From positions 365,899-429,898 of the forward strand of contig CAYOEM010000001.1 in NCBI GenBank assembly GCA_964402975.1: 64,000 bases of DNA, given 5' to 3'. Positions 9,115 through 18,430 of this stretch are shown piece by piece (within the stretch, counting starts at the first letter, position 1; every line of letters begins with the position of its first letter). The notes beneath the pieces were generated by a model. It saw nothing but the letters and a program-made list of their open reading frames with translations. It did no database searches and was not told the origin of the DNA. A program made the position numbers and the translations under genes. Source of the DNA: an uncultured Polynucleobacter sp. (GTDB lineage: Bacteria; Bdellovibrionota_B; Oligoflexia; Oligoflexales; RGVZ01).

Positions 9115-10800
9115 ATGAAAAGCTTTCTGTCGTGGCTGTTTTTCTTATCGTTCGTTTTACTTATGAGCGTTTTTAGCGGCCGCCTAAGTGCAGCCACAGT
9201 TGAGTCAGAAGCTGAATCTGTGAAATTGATCAATATAAAGATCGATAACTCCACTTTTGCTGACGAACTTGAAACGATCCAAAAAAACGGCGTGACCTAT
9301 CTGAAATGGGGTCAGGCCGAACATATCAGCCAAGGCGACGCTGGCAAACCGGACATCCCAGCACTCCACAGACTTATTGTGGTTGATCCTAGCAAGGTCT
9401 ACGAAACAATTTTAACGATTGATTCAACTTCAACACTCGATGATGTTGTACTTTATCCAGTACAACCCGATGTGCCAGAAGGATCATCATCTCCGAAATT
9501 TGCCCTCGATAAAAAAGCTTATTCGCGGAACAAAAATTTTGGTGCGCCATGGGTGGAAATGGGCAAAATCCAAACGATGGGACGCTTTTCTGTTCTGCCT
9601 ATAAAGATAAATTTAGCCCAATATAACCCTCGCAAAAAACAACTTCGCTATGTTAATGCCTTAAAAATCACAATTACTTCAAAAGATGCGCTTTTAACTG
9701 CAGATGCAAGATCTATTAACTCTAGTCAATTAACCGCCCTTGAGCGTCTAACGTTAAACGGCGAGTCAGTTACCGCAGATCTATCCATGCCAAGAAAAAA
9801 CGGCACTTATCTGGTACTCACCTCTGAAGATCTTCTACCCCTCGCGAAAACCTTTGCCGAACGACACCACGAGAACGGCGTGACGGTTTATTATGAAACC
9901 ATCAAGCCAGCAACACGCTCCTCCGCCATAAAAGACATCATTCAAAGCTATTACAAGACACAAAATCTCGAGGCCGTCCTTATCTTTGGAGATGAAACAA
10001 AAGTTCCGCTCCACAGCTGGGGCGGAACGCCTGGCGACTCTTTCTACACCATGGTCGACGGAGATGACGGTTTGGCTGATATTTTGATAGGACGAGTTCC
10101 GGCCTCAACCATGACGGAGGCTGACGTATTTGTTCAAAAGACCTCAGCCTATGAGGCTGGCATCAGGAGTGGCGTCTCAAAAACGAAAAACATTATGCTA
10201 GTAGCCCACAAGGAAAATTACCCGGGCAAATACACGGCCAACTTGGAGGGAGTTCGGACTGATCCCAATTTAAAGAACCTTGAATTTTCGATCCAATACG
10301 GCGGACGAGGCGCAAAGAATCAAAGTGTCATTGATCTGACCGAGCAAAATTTCTCAGTAATAAACTACCGTGGTCACGGCAGCTCCCAGTCATGGTCGGG
10401 CTGGGGCTCTGATGGTTCATCGTTTGGAGCAGCGCAAATAAGTTCTCTAAGAAACTCTGATGATAAACTAGCTGTTTTTTTCAATATCGCGTGTAGCAAC
10501 GGTGCGATTCAATCGAGCTCGAAATCAATGGCAGAGAGGCTTCTTTGGCCTCAGGGGGACAACCCCAATCGTGGTGCTATCGCCGTGCTGGCGGCAACAG
10601 AGCCGTCCTTGACCGCAGTGAATCACAAATACAACAGACACTTGTTCACCCATCTTCAGGCCACAGCGTCGGCCTCGGTTGGTCTTGTGAATATGCTTGC
10701 TGCGAATCAGTTGGTCCGCGACGCAGGAGGCAGCGTTCCATCGAACAACAAAATGTATATTTTGTTTGGCGATCCGCTGCTCGCCTTTAAACACGACTAG
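9115..10800 (+). CDS. Gingipain-like (peptidase C25 family) cysteine protease, secreted
   Basis: Signal peptide. His motif INYRGHGSSQSW and Cys motif FFNIACSNGA, in the order and spacing typical of C25. AAAGGAG RBS. Confidence 0.8.
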   Translation: MKSFLSWLFFLSFVLLMSVFSGRLSAATVESEAESVKLINIKIDNSTFADELETIQKNGVTYLKWGQAEHISQGDAGKPDIPALHRLIVVDPSKVYETILTIDSTSTLDDVVLYPVQPDVPEGSSSPKFALDKKAYSRNKNFGAPWVEMGKIQTMGRFSVLPIKINLAQYNPRKKQLRYVNALKITITSKDALLTADARSINSSQLTALERLTLNGESVTADLSMPRKNGTYLVLTSEDLLPLAKTFAERHHENGVTVYYETIKPATRSSAIKDIIQSYYKTQNLEAVLIFGDETKVPLHSWGGTPGDSFYTMVDGDDGLADILIGRVPASTMTEADVFVQKTSAYEAGIRSGVSKTKNIMLVAHKENYPGKYTANLEGVRTDPNLKNLEFSIQYGGRGAKNQSVIDLTEQNFSVINYRGHGSSQSWSGWGSDGSSFGAAQISSLRNSDDKLAVFFNIACSNGAIQSSSKSMAERLLWPQGDNPNRGAIAVLAATEPSLTAVNHKYNRHLFTHLQATASASVGLVNMLAANQLVRDAGGSVPSNNKMYILFGDPLLAFKHD

Positions 10801-10814
10801 GACTGACGAGCCAG

Positions 10815-11456
10815 CTACTTGCAGTTTATAGTTTGGGTCTTTGGAACACAGACCGCTTTAAGCTTGCCCTTGCACGTCAAGCCGAGCATCCTGTTGTTGC
10901 TTTTCGTAGCTTTATAGACATTAAATGAACCCGTGATGGTTGAGAAATCCGTGACAGTTGTCACATCTTGCCCTTCCCACATTCCAATGAAGTTGTCATG
11001 TGGTGAAAAATATTTTCCGGAGTTAGTCACTTGGCCCGTTTTATAGCCTTTGAATCTACATACAGTATTCGCCGTCTTCGGATCATTGTGAACTGAGCCG
11101 TTACCGTAGTACTGATTACTTAATTTAGCTCCACAAATTCCATTTACGATATTTACTAGATTTTGCGGCCCATTGATTGACTCGGTTGCGTTCGGATCTG
11201 ACTCCATGCTGTTTGGGTCACACTTCAATTCTTTACCGCCATCATCCGTAATAACCTGATTACTGTCAGGAGTGACTGGCTTATCTTCTTTTAAAGGAAT
11301 ATCGGCATTTGGACCGGTTTTTATTGGAGGCTTTGGCTTCACGACGCGCTGTGTTCCCGAATCGCCAGAGAACTCCTGGGACGAGCACGCCTGAAGAGCA
11401 ATCATTAAGATAAAAGGTATGGTAAGGATCAATTTCATGTGTGTACTGTCGGCCAT
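10815..11456 (-). CDS. Lipoprotein, unknown function, Cys-containing C-terminal domain
   Basis: Lipobox ALQAC followed by SSQEFSGDSG and a KPKPP linker. Start may be the internal ATG at 11438. Confidence 0.6.
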   Translation of the reverse strand: MADSTHMKLILTIPFILMIALQACSSQEFSGDSGTQRVVKPKPPIKTGPNADIPLKEDKPVTPDSNQVITDDGGKELKCDPNSMESDPNATESINGPQNLVNIVNGICGAKLSNQYYGNGSVHNDPKTANTVCRFKGYKTGQVTNSGKYFSPHDNFIGMWEGQDVTTVTDFSTITGSFNVYKATKSNNRMLGLTCKGKLKAVCVPKTQTINCK

Positions 11457-11664
11457 TCAAACATAGATCTTGAATAACTCTTAAAATCGGAACTATTACT
11501 GAAGGTTGCTGGCCATCAAAAAAATTCGGATTTTTTCCCGGTTTTAGCCACATATAAATCCCGATTATCTCTAGACTTACACGGTTTTGTTAAATTTTAG
11601 ACCGCTAAGGCCCGATATGACGCTTATGGATTAATGTCGTCATCCTTGCGGAGGGTCCTGAGCC

Positions 11665-12792
11665 ATGTCATTCCAACTAGCGAGAAATTCGGGCCTCCTT
11701 TCAATATTTTTATTTTCATTAATTGCTAGCTGCTCAGATGCAAGCTTTCAAGGAAGCTCTGCTGTCCAGCACGGACCAAAACCACCACCCCCACCACCCA
11801 CAGGCGGCGGCAATGGCGCCATGGCGTTAAGCGTTCGCATTCAAGCTGGTGAAAAAAATCTTGATCTTCGTGCGAATTTTTCCCCCAAGGGCAAAGCTAA
11901 GTCTAAAAAAGGTGCCAGTGACCCCGTAGGTGAATATGAGTTAGTCGCTAATTCCGTTGTTGTAGAAAATACCGATGGATTATCCAATGAACTTGCAGCG
12001 GCGCTTAAGGCAGCTCAATTGACTGCAAATGTCACCAGAGACAATGATCAGTACTTGGTCACGGTCAGCATGAATATTAAGGCAACGAACGTCCAGGGTG
12101 AATCCCTCGCCGCGCAAACGTTATCCTTGACTCAACGAAGCAACGAATTGCATTGGTCCAAAGACGAAGGAAAAACTGACAAGTTCGGTAAGCTAAACTT
12201 TCAATCAACGACCACTGGATGTAGAATCGAGTCTTCGGGAGCGTCACCTCGATCGGGCGTTTATTCGGTCATACTAACGAAGCCGGCAGCCTGTGATTTC
12301 AAACTTCCGACACTAAAGGTGGGCGGGGGTCATAAGGGTATCGGTCAATTTGCAGAAGTGCCTATTGGATCGTATTGGATCAGCCGCGGGAGCCAAGCTC
12401 ATAGTTTTGGTCTAACTGCGAACTTCGCGGACGTTTCGATCGACAACGGCTTTATTTTGGTTCAACCCGATGGCAAGAGTTATCTTTTGGCCGATGCCGG
12501 CGCTGCCCGGGGTGGCGGTAAAACCACGGCACAAATCGCCAGCGATTTATCTGCGCAACTAGGATTTGGCGCGACACAGCTTCTAAAGCCTGATGCAGGC
12601 AGCAAAGCTGACAACTTTAAAAACGCCACAACATTTAAAAAAGGCAGCGTGATCGCCATTTATGACGACACACCAGACATGGGCGGCTCCCTCGACATCA
12701 GCACCTTGATTAGCGCCGCTGACACCGGCGGCGTCAACCTTAGCTGGACTGCTGATGTTAAAACTGACGTGAAGCCGCAGGTCCAAAAATAA
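11665..12792 (+). CDS. Lipoprotein, unknown function
   Basis: Lipobox LIASC followed by SDASFQGSS and a PKPPPPPP linker. GGAGGG RBS. Its stop overlaps the next gene start (TAATG). Confidence 0.65.
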   Translation: MSFQLARNSGLLSIFLFSLIASCSDASFQGSSAVQHGPKPPPPPPTGGGNGAMALSVRIQAGEKNLDLRANFSPKGKAKSKKGASDPVGEYELVANSVVVENTDGLSNELAAALKAAQLTANVTRDNDQYLVTVSMNIKATNVQGESLAAQTLSLTQRSNELHWSKDEGKTDKFGKLNFQSTTTGCRIESSGASPRSGVYSVILTKPAACDFKLPTLKVGGGHKGIGQFAEVPIGSYWISRGSQAHSFGLTANFADVSIDNGFILVQPDGKSYLLADAGAARGGGKTTAQIASDLSAQLGFGATQLLKPDAGSKADNFKNATTFKKGSVIAIYDDTPDMGGSLDISTLISAADTGGVNLSWTADVKTDVKPQVQK

Positions 12793-13655
12793 TGTCTTGG
12801 CAATCACCGGCTCTTGCCAAGATCTTGCGGCTGGCAATTTTGTGCTGCTTCGCTGGCCACGGAACGCTCGCCATAATGAATGCTGGCGTCTTCACATCCG
12901 AGTGGAGTACCTGGGTTCAAAGTCTGTTCCCCGATGCTTACAAATACGAAATGGCTAAAGTAATGCTCCTCACGGTCGGGGTGATCGATATTCTGGCTGC
13001 TGCGTGCTTTCTACTTCCTAATATTCCTCTGGCGGCATTTACATGGGTCATCGTTTGGGGCGCTGCCACTGGGACATCTAGGTTGTTTTTCCTTTCATCT
13101 CTTGAGAACGACTTCTGGTACTTTCAGGTAAGACCAATTTCCGAATTCCTCATTCGCGTACCCAACTGGATGACAGGGTTCATGCTGTTGATGGCATTAT
13201 ATCCTCAGTTCACACCAGCAAAGCTTCGTGAAAAGCCTGTGGATTTTTATCTTTGGATCATCGCATTGACACAAGTGGCCGGGCTGTCGCTGCACTACAT
13301 AGTTGAACTAAACGATCCATTTCTCTTGCCTGAGTTGGAAAAGAAAATGATGCCTTTGTGGTATCTGCATCTCACAGGTTTCCTCGCCGTGGCGTCCTTA
13401 CTGGGTTGCCTAACGCTACCCCTAATAAGACCCAAATCTGCCATTTTTCCAGCCCTCACAAGCTGTACAGCAGTACTCGCATTCATCAGTGTTGATTTAT
13501 TTAAAGCCCTGGTGATCAATGCTCCCCAGGGGTTCTTTTTTTCAGGCATTCGCGTAATCGACGCTATGCCGATTTATGTCTGCCTCATAACCCTTGCGAT
13601 GATTACCATCCAAGCGCCTAGATCCGGTCTCAAAGAAAATATCTCGACCTCATAG
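12792..13655 (+). CDS. Polytopic inner-membrane protein, unknown function
   Basis: Multiple hydrophobic segments throughout 287 aa. Translationally coupled to the upstream lipoprotein gene. Confidence 0.65.
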   Translation: MSWQSPALAKILRLAILCCFAGHGTLAIMNAGVFTSEWSTWVQSLFPDAYKYEMAKVMLLTVGVIDILAAACFLLPNIPLAAFTWVIVWGAATGTSRLFFLSSLENDFWYFQVRPISEFLIRVPNWMTGFMLLMALYPQFTPAKLREKPVDFYLWIIALTQVAGLSLHYIVELNDPFLLPELEKKMMPLWYLHLTGFLAVASLLGCLTLPLIRPKSAIFPALTSCTAVLAFISVDLFKALVINAPQGFFFSGIRVIDAMPIYVCLITLAMITIQAPRSGLKENISTS

Positions 13656-14924
13656 TTTTGAGGTCAACTTCCAATCAGCGTTTGTGACCAGACGAGCGCC
13701 TCTACGCCACGTCATATAAGCTAGTGCCCACTGAATAATGACAAACAGTCTATTTTTAAATCCAATCAAATAATAAATGTGAACGAAGACCCAGCCCCAC
13801 CACGCTAATGCGCCAGCGAGTTTGATTCCCTTATATTGTAAAATTGCTCGTCGTCTTCCGATGGTTGCCATCTGGCCTTTATCAAAAAACTTGAAAGGCA
13901 AAGATTGGGCGCCATTCATGAGCCTTTTGATATTCCGAGCCGCATGTCTGCCCTGCTGCATAGCAGCCGGCGCCTGCCCTGGTAATACCTCGCCTTTGGC
14001 GTCTTCAAATCTAATCTGATCACCCACGGCAAAAATATTCGGTAGTCCCGGAAGTGATAGATCCTTTTCAACAATCAAGCGCCCGACTGAATCAAGCGGC
14101 ACACCAAGAGTTTGATTGATAGCTGCCGGCTTAACCCCGGCTGCCCAAATAACTGTATTGGCTTTGATCACTTCAGAACCAAGGAATACCCCTTGGGAGT
14201 TTATATTCGTCACTCGAGTCGATGTCCAAACAGTGACCCCAAGCTTTTCAAGATCGCGCATCGCGCGCTTTGAAAGACTTTGATCAAATCCTGCCAAGAT
14301 CCGGTCTCCAGCTTCAATCAATACGATACGCGTACTCGCTGGCTCGATATTGTCAAAGTCTTTATCGAGTGTAAAACGGGTAATCTCACCGAGGGATCCT
14401 GCTATCTCAACCCCCGTAGCACCGCCACCGACAACTACAAACGTCAAAAATTCTTTTCGTTTGGCTGGGTCTTGCTCCCGCTCTGCATACTCAAAAGATA
14501 AAAGCACCCTTCGGCGAATCTCAGTGGCTTGTTCCAGCGTTTTAAGTCCGGGCGCAAAATCTTCCCAGTCGTCATGTCCAAAGTAACTGTGAGAAGCGCC
14601 GCATGCGAGAATCAAATAATCAAATGTGATCCGGCCAAAGTCGCACTCAATCGCTTTGTTCCTAGCGTCGACAGACCTGACGTCCCCGAGCAAGACAGTC
14701 GTATTCTTGAAATTAGAAACTACGGAACGGATGGGAGTCGCGATATCAGCTGGAGATAAGCCGGCCATGGATACCTGGTAGAGCAGCGGCTGGAACAAGT
14801 GATGATTTCGACGATCAATTAAGGTGATCTTCACGTCCGGTGTATGCGCGAGAGTCTTGCAAGCTTCAAGCCCTCCAAAGCCACCACCGACTATGACGAC
14901 ATGTTTTTCCTTTGGCATACTCAT
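13650..14924 (-). CDS. ndh: Type II NADH:quinone oxidoreductase (NDH-2)
   Basis: N-terminal FAD-binding motif VVIVGGGFGGLE and a second dinucleotide fold VVVGGGATGVE. Typical NDH-2 length with a C-terminal membrane-anchoring segment. Confidence 0.9.
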   Translation of the reverse strand: MSMPKEKHVVIVGGGFGGLEACKTLAHTPDVKITLIDRRNHHLFQPLLYQVSMAGLSPADIATPIRSVVSNFKNTTVLLGDVRSVDARNKAIECDFGRITFDYLILACGASHSYFGHDDWEDFAPGLKTLEQATEIRRRVLLSFEYAEREQDPAKRKEFLTFVVVGGGATGVEIAGSLGEITRFTLDKDFDNIEPASTRIVLIEAGDRILAGFDQSLSKRAMRDLEKLGVTVWTSTRVTNINSQGVFLGSEVIKANTVIWAAGVKPAAINQTLGVPLDSVGRLIVEKDLSLPGLPNIFAVGDQIRFEDAKGEVLPGQAPAAMQQGRHAARNIKRLMNGAQSLPFKFFDKGQMATIGRRRAILQYKGIKLAGALAWWGWVFVHIYYLIGFKNRLFVIIQWALAYMTWRRGARLVTNADWKLTSKL

Positions 14925-14928
14925 CTGA

Positions 14929-14967
14929 CCTAAAAAAACCAGCTCTGCGTTTTTCGGCAGAGCTGGT
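14929..14967 (-). terminator. Intrinsic terminator after the yceI-like gene, abutting the ndh start
   Basis: 10-bp stem CCAGCTCTGC / GCAGAGCTGG. On the minus strand it is followed by a T7 run (plus-strand A-run 14932-14938). Confidence 0.6.
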
Positions 14968-15001
14968 GAGTCGAACTAAATAAATAAAAAGGCGGCAAAA
15001 C

Positions 15002-15616
15002 TCACTTAGCACCAACTTGCAAAGGCAACTTTCCAACCAATTCAACTTTTAATTGAACTTTGTCAGAAATCACTTTGTCGCCAAGGTTTTGGAAGAATTT
15101 TCCGGAGCCGTAACGAACGCCGAATTCTGTGCGATCAAACTCAAGTTCCGCGCTGATTTTTGATACGCCACCTTTTTCTGAAGCAGTTGTTGCTTTAAAA
15201 GATACTGGCTTCGTGGTCCCTTTGATTGTGAGATCACCGGCCAAGTCGTAGGCGTTGGGGCCTGACTTCTTGAACGATGCAACTTTCAAAGTCGCTTCTG
15301 GATGTTTCTCAATGTCGAAAAAATCTGGCGAGTTGAGGTGACCAACAAGTTTTTTATTGTATCCTGCATCTTTTAGATCTTCATTTTTAATGGTCTTCAT
15401 ATCGACCACAACCAACGCCGATGTTGGTCCATCTTTACCAAACTCGACTTGACCACTTTTGATATCGACCGTTCCTGTATGCTTACTGTCAACGAGCACT
15501 TTAGAACCAGTCCAATTTAGCTTGCTTTTTTTGACGTCAAGCTGATGGGTCTTAGCCACTAGCGAGGTCGACGCCATCAAAACTGTAAGGGCACATACCA
15601 TATTGAAAATTTTCAT
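15002..15616 (-). CDS. YceI-family periplasmic polyisoprenoid-binding protein
   Basis: Signal peptide. YceI-like sequence KLNWTGSKV...HTGTV...EFDRTEFGV. AAGGAG RBS. Confidence 0.85.
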   Translation of the reverse strand: MKIFNMVCALTVLMASTSLVAKTHQLDVKKSKLNWTGSKVLVDSKHTGTVDIKSGQVEFGKDGPTSALVVVDMKTIKNEDLKDAGYNKKLVGHLNSPDFFDIEKHPEATLKVASFKKSGPNAYDLAGDLTIKGTTKPVSFKATTASEKGGVSKISAELEFDRTEFGVRYGSGKFFQNLGDKVISDKVQLKVELVGKLPLQVGAK

Positions 15617-15711
15617 GGAAGACTCCTTTGGGTGTCTTTTAAAGGTTAAAGTCCAGGTAGGTTACCATGCGTCTGGCGCGATGTAAAATCGTTGGTCATA
15701 ACGAACCCATT

Positions 15712-17166
15712 TTAATTCAATATAGTGCGTATTTTTGCCAAAAGGGCCTCAAGATGAGTTTTTGTGGTCAAAGGATTTATGATCGTAACCCTTAGCCAGA
15801 GCTCACCCTCGATTTTAGTGGCTGTTATATAGCCATCACCATTTTTAAGAAGTTTTTGACGAATTTTTTGCTGAAGATCAGATAGCTCAGCTGCCGATAT
15901 TTTTTGCTGGGTTTTCGGAGCGTAACGAAAACATAAAATATTACACTGCGGATCGTGTGCTGCCTCAAAATCCTTAGATGCCAAAATCATGTCATAAAAT
16001 ATTTTGGTGTTATCTATCGCCCGATCAATGAGTGACGCCATTAACTCTTTACCGTAGAGGCTCCACGCACCCCACAGTCCGAGGGAGATCGCGCCTTTTG
16101 TACATTCGAACGTTCTAAGACCACCATCATACTCAGCCATACCTTGTGGATCTGACGGGTCAAACAAGTAAGGCGCATCCTGCGAAAACGCCTCCCAACT
16201 GTTCTTGGCATCTTTGTAGAAAAGATACGTACATAGAGCAGGAACAAACAGCATTTTATGGGCATCCCAAGCTATTGAATCGGCTTGGGCAATCCCATCC
16301 AGTATGTGCCGATATTTATCTGAAAACAGAAAGCTCGCACCATGGGCGCCGTCAACATGGAACCAGAGTCTATGCTGCTTTGCCAGTTCTGCCACCGCAC
16401 GCAAATCGTCAAAAGATCCGGTTGCCGTCGTGCAGGCCGAACCCACGATGGCAAATACATCAAGCCCCCTGGATCTGGAATGATCCAAAATGCGCCTAGC
16501 CTCAGTTATATCCATGCGGCGTTTTGCATCAACGGGCACTTTGATCAGCTGCGCAGTACCTATTCCCAATATCCCGCACGCTCTTGCGATACAGTAGTGA
16601 CTGTCAGCACTTGTCATGATGGCCGGCTTTAATCCGCTTTCGGGGCCTTCTTTCCAGAAGTTTTTATAGCGAATGTTTCGAGCTGCCAGTAAAGCTGTCA
16701 CATTGGCAAGGGTGCCCCCATGAGTCCCAACACCGGCAAATTCTCCAACCTCCCAACCAATCAGCTGACCCATAGCATTAATAACCGCCCTTTCGGCAGC
16801 CGTACCAAAAGGTGCCATTTCAAAAACAGCCGCGCCCTGATTGGTAGCTTTGCCGATGGTATCAAAAAAAGCCGCGGCCGGGATGACGGGCGGAACCTGA
16901 TGGCCCATATAGCGAGGATCATGGAGTCGGTGTGAATACTTCAAAGTAAGATCGGCGAGCTCGTTAAACTTTTTTTGTGGGTAATTGAGCATTTGGCTGG
17001 CGAGCTCGACGTAACGCTCAGGCGTCAGCTCTGGCAAGGTCGGTCTAGCCATACTTTGACACTCTGAGTAGTAGCGACCAATACAATCAGCCAAATCACT
17101 CAAGAGCTCTGATGCTGTTTGGGGGCTGTATACATCGTCAATCGCAGTCATAGACTTATCTCTCAT
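15712..17166 (-). CDS. Pyridoxal-phosphate-dependent decarboxylase (group II amino-acid decarboxylase family)
   Basis: Fold-type I motifs, including the PLP-lysine context SIAWDAHKMLFVP, plus HVDGAHGA. Start ambiguous: ATG at 17166 or 17151; the track start is a TTG at 17178. Confidence 0.85.
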   Translation of the reverse strand: MRDKSMTAIDDVYSPQTASELLSDLADCIGRYYSECQSMARPTLPELTPERYVELASQMLNYPQKKFNELADLTLKYSHRLHDPRYMGHQVPPVIPAAAFFDTIGKATNQGAAVFEMAPFGTAAERAVINAMGQLIGWEVGEFAGVGTHGGTLANVTALLAARNIRYKNFWKEGPESGLKPAIMTSADSHYCIARACGILGIGTAQLIKVPVDAKRRMDITEARRILDHSRSRGLDVFAIVGSACTTATGSFDDLRAVAELAKQHRLWFHVDGAHGASFLFSDKYRHILDGIAQADSIAWDAHKMLFVPALCTYLFYKDAKNSWEAFSQDAPYLFDPSDPQGMAEYDGGLRTFECTKGAISLGLWGAWSLYGKELMASLIDRAIDNTKIFYDMILASKDFEAAHDPQCNILCFRYAPKTQQKISAAELSDLQQKIRQKLLKNGDGYITATKIEGELWLRVTIINPLTTKTHLEALLAKIRTILN

Positions 17167-17314
17167 CTGAAGGATCAAAACATTTAGTTGATCGAGCTAT
17201 GCGGCATATCGTGCGCTCAATTGTTTAGAGTAAAACTGTCATTTAAGCCGCCAATAAGCCATAATATTTGTAATCGTTAATAGGTTCGTTCACAAGACAA
17301 GAGGTGCTTCGGAG

Positions 17315-18430
17315 ATGGCAAATCTCAATAAACAATTACGCGAGTGGGCCGACAAAGGTCTGATTAACGAAGAGCAAAGCGCTAAGATCTTAAGCTACGA
17401 GACTAATAAGCCCAAGGCTTCCTGGTTCATGTACGGCATGCTCACACTGGGCGTCACGGTGGTGGGACTAGGTGTGATTTCACTCATTGCAGCTAACTGG
17501 CACCAGATTCCCGACGGCATAAAACTGGGTGGAGCGTTTCTTCTTTTAATACTCATTGGCTTGTTCTCATACAAAAATCACGGATCTGATAAGCCGGTTC
17601 TTTATGACGTATCGATTCTCGCGTTGCAGTTAATGTCTTTAGCGACGATCGGACTGATCGCCCAGATCTATCATACTGGTGGCAAGCCTTATCAGGCCAT
17701 ATTACTTTGGTCTTTAATGATATTTCCGGCCGCGCTAACCACAAATTTTATGTTCGTACCATTCATATGCGCCGGGGGTTTACTTGGGTCTCTTATGCTC
17801 TTTGCAGAAGATGTCATGGGTCGAACTGGTGAATACATTTTACTTTTGGCCCCATTGATGGCGGCATTTCTTGCGGTGTCCGCCCGCTTCATGCGCACGT
17901 CGCAAGGCTTTTTAAAAGCCACACAGATTTGGCTTTTCATGGGCATTTGGATCGGTTTAGCAGCGGTTGAACTCCTTGGCACAAAGCGATACCTGCCCCA
18001 ACAAATTAGTCCAGCTCTGTATCAGGTGTTTTATTTACTTTCTACTCTCATTCTGGCCATCACTTGGGCAAACAAAAGCTACTCGAATTTACAAAAGATT
18101 TTACTTACAGCAATAATCTGCATTTACGGCTTCACCTCCCAACTCAACGTGCCGTCCACAAAGGGCGAGATTTTATTTGCCTTCATAACCTTGACGCAAC
18201 TTGCCCTGATCGGTGCGTTTTTTGCGTCTGAAAAGGCGCGCCGGCGATTTAATTTCGTGTTGATTTTGATGGGTCTTAGATTTTTTGCCTTATTTATTCA
18301 GGCCCTTCAGGGGCTGGCGATGACCGGTCTGGGTCTGATTGTATCGGGCGCAATTCTGATTGGCCTAGCCACTGTGTGGCAAAAACACCGTAACACGATT
18401 GCTCAATGGGCGGAGAGGATCACGCAATGA
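17315..18430 (+). CDS. Polytopic membrane protein (DUF2157-like)
   Basis: About 10 hydrophobic segments after a short soluble N-terminus (LINEEQSAKIL). Paired with a GDYXXLXY-type gene, as commonly seen for this family. Confidence 0.6.
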   Translation: MANLNKQLREWADKGLINEEQSAKILSYETNKPKASWFMYGMLTLGVTVVGLGVISLIAANWHQIPDGIKLGGAFLLLILIGLFSYKNHGSDKPVLYDVSILALQLMSLATIGLIAQIYHTGGKPYQAILLWSLMIFPAALTTNFMFVPFICAGGLLGSLMLFAEDVMGRTGEYILLLAPLMAAFLAVSARFMRTSQGFLKATQIWLFMGIWIGLAAVELLGTKRYLPQQISPALYQVFYLLSTLILAITWANKSYSNLQKILLTAIICIYGFTSQLNVPSTKGEILFAFITLTQLALIGAFFASEKARRRFNFVLILMGLRFFALFIQALQGLAMTGLGLIVSGAILIGLATVWQKHRNTIAQWAERITQ

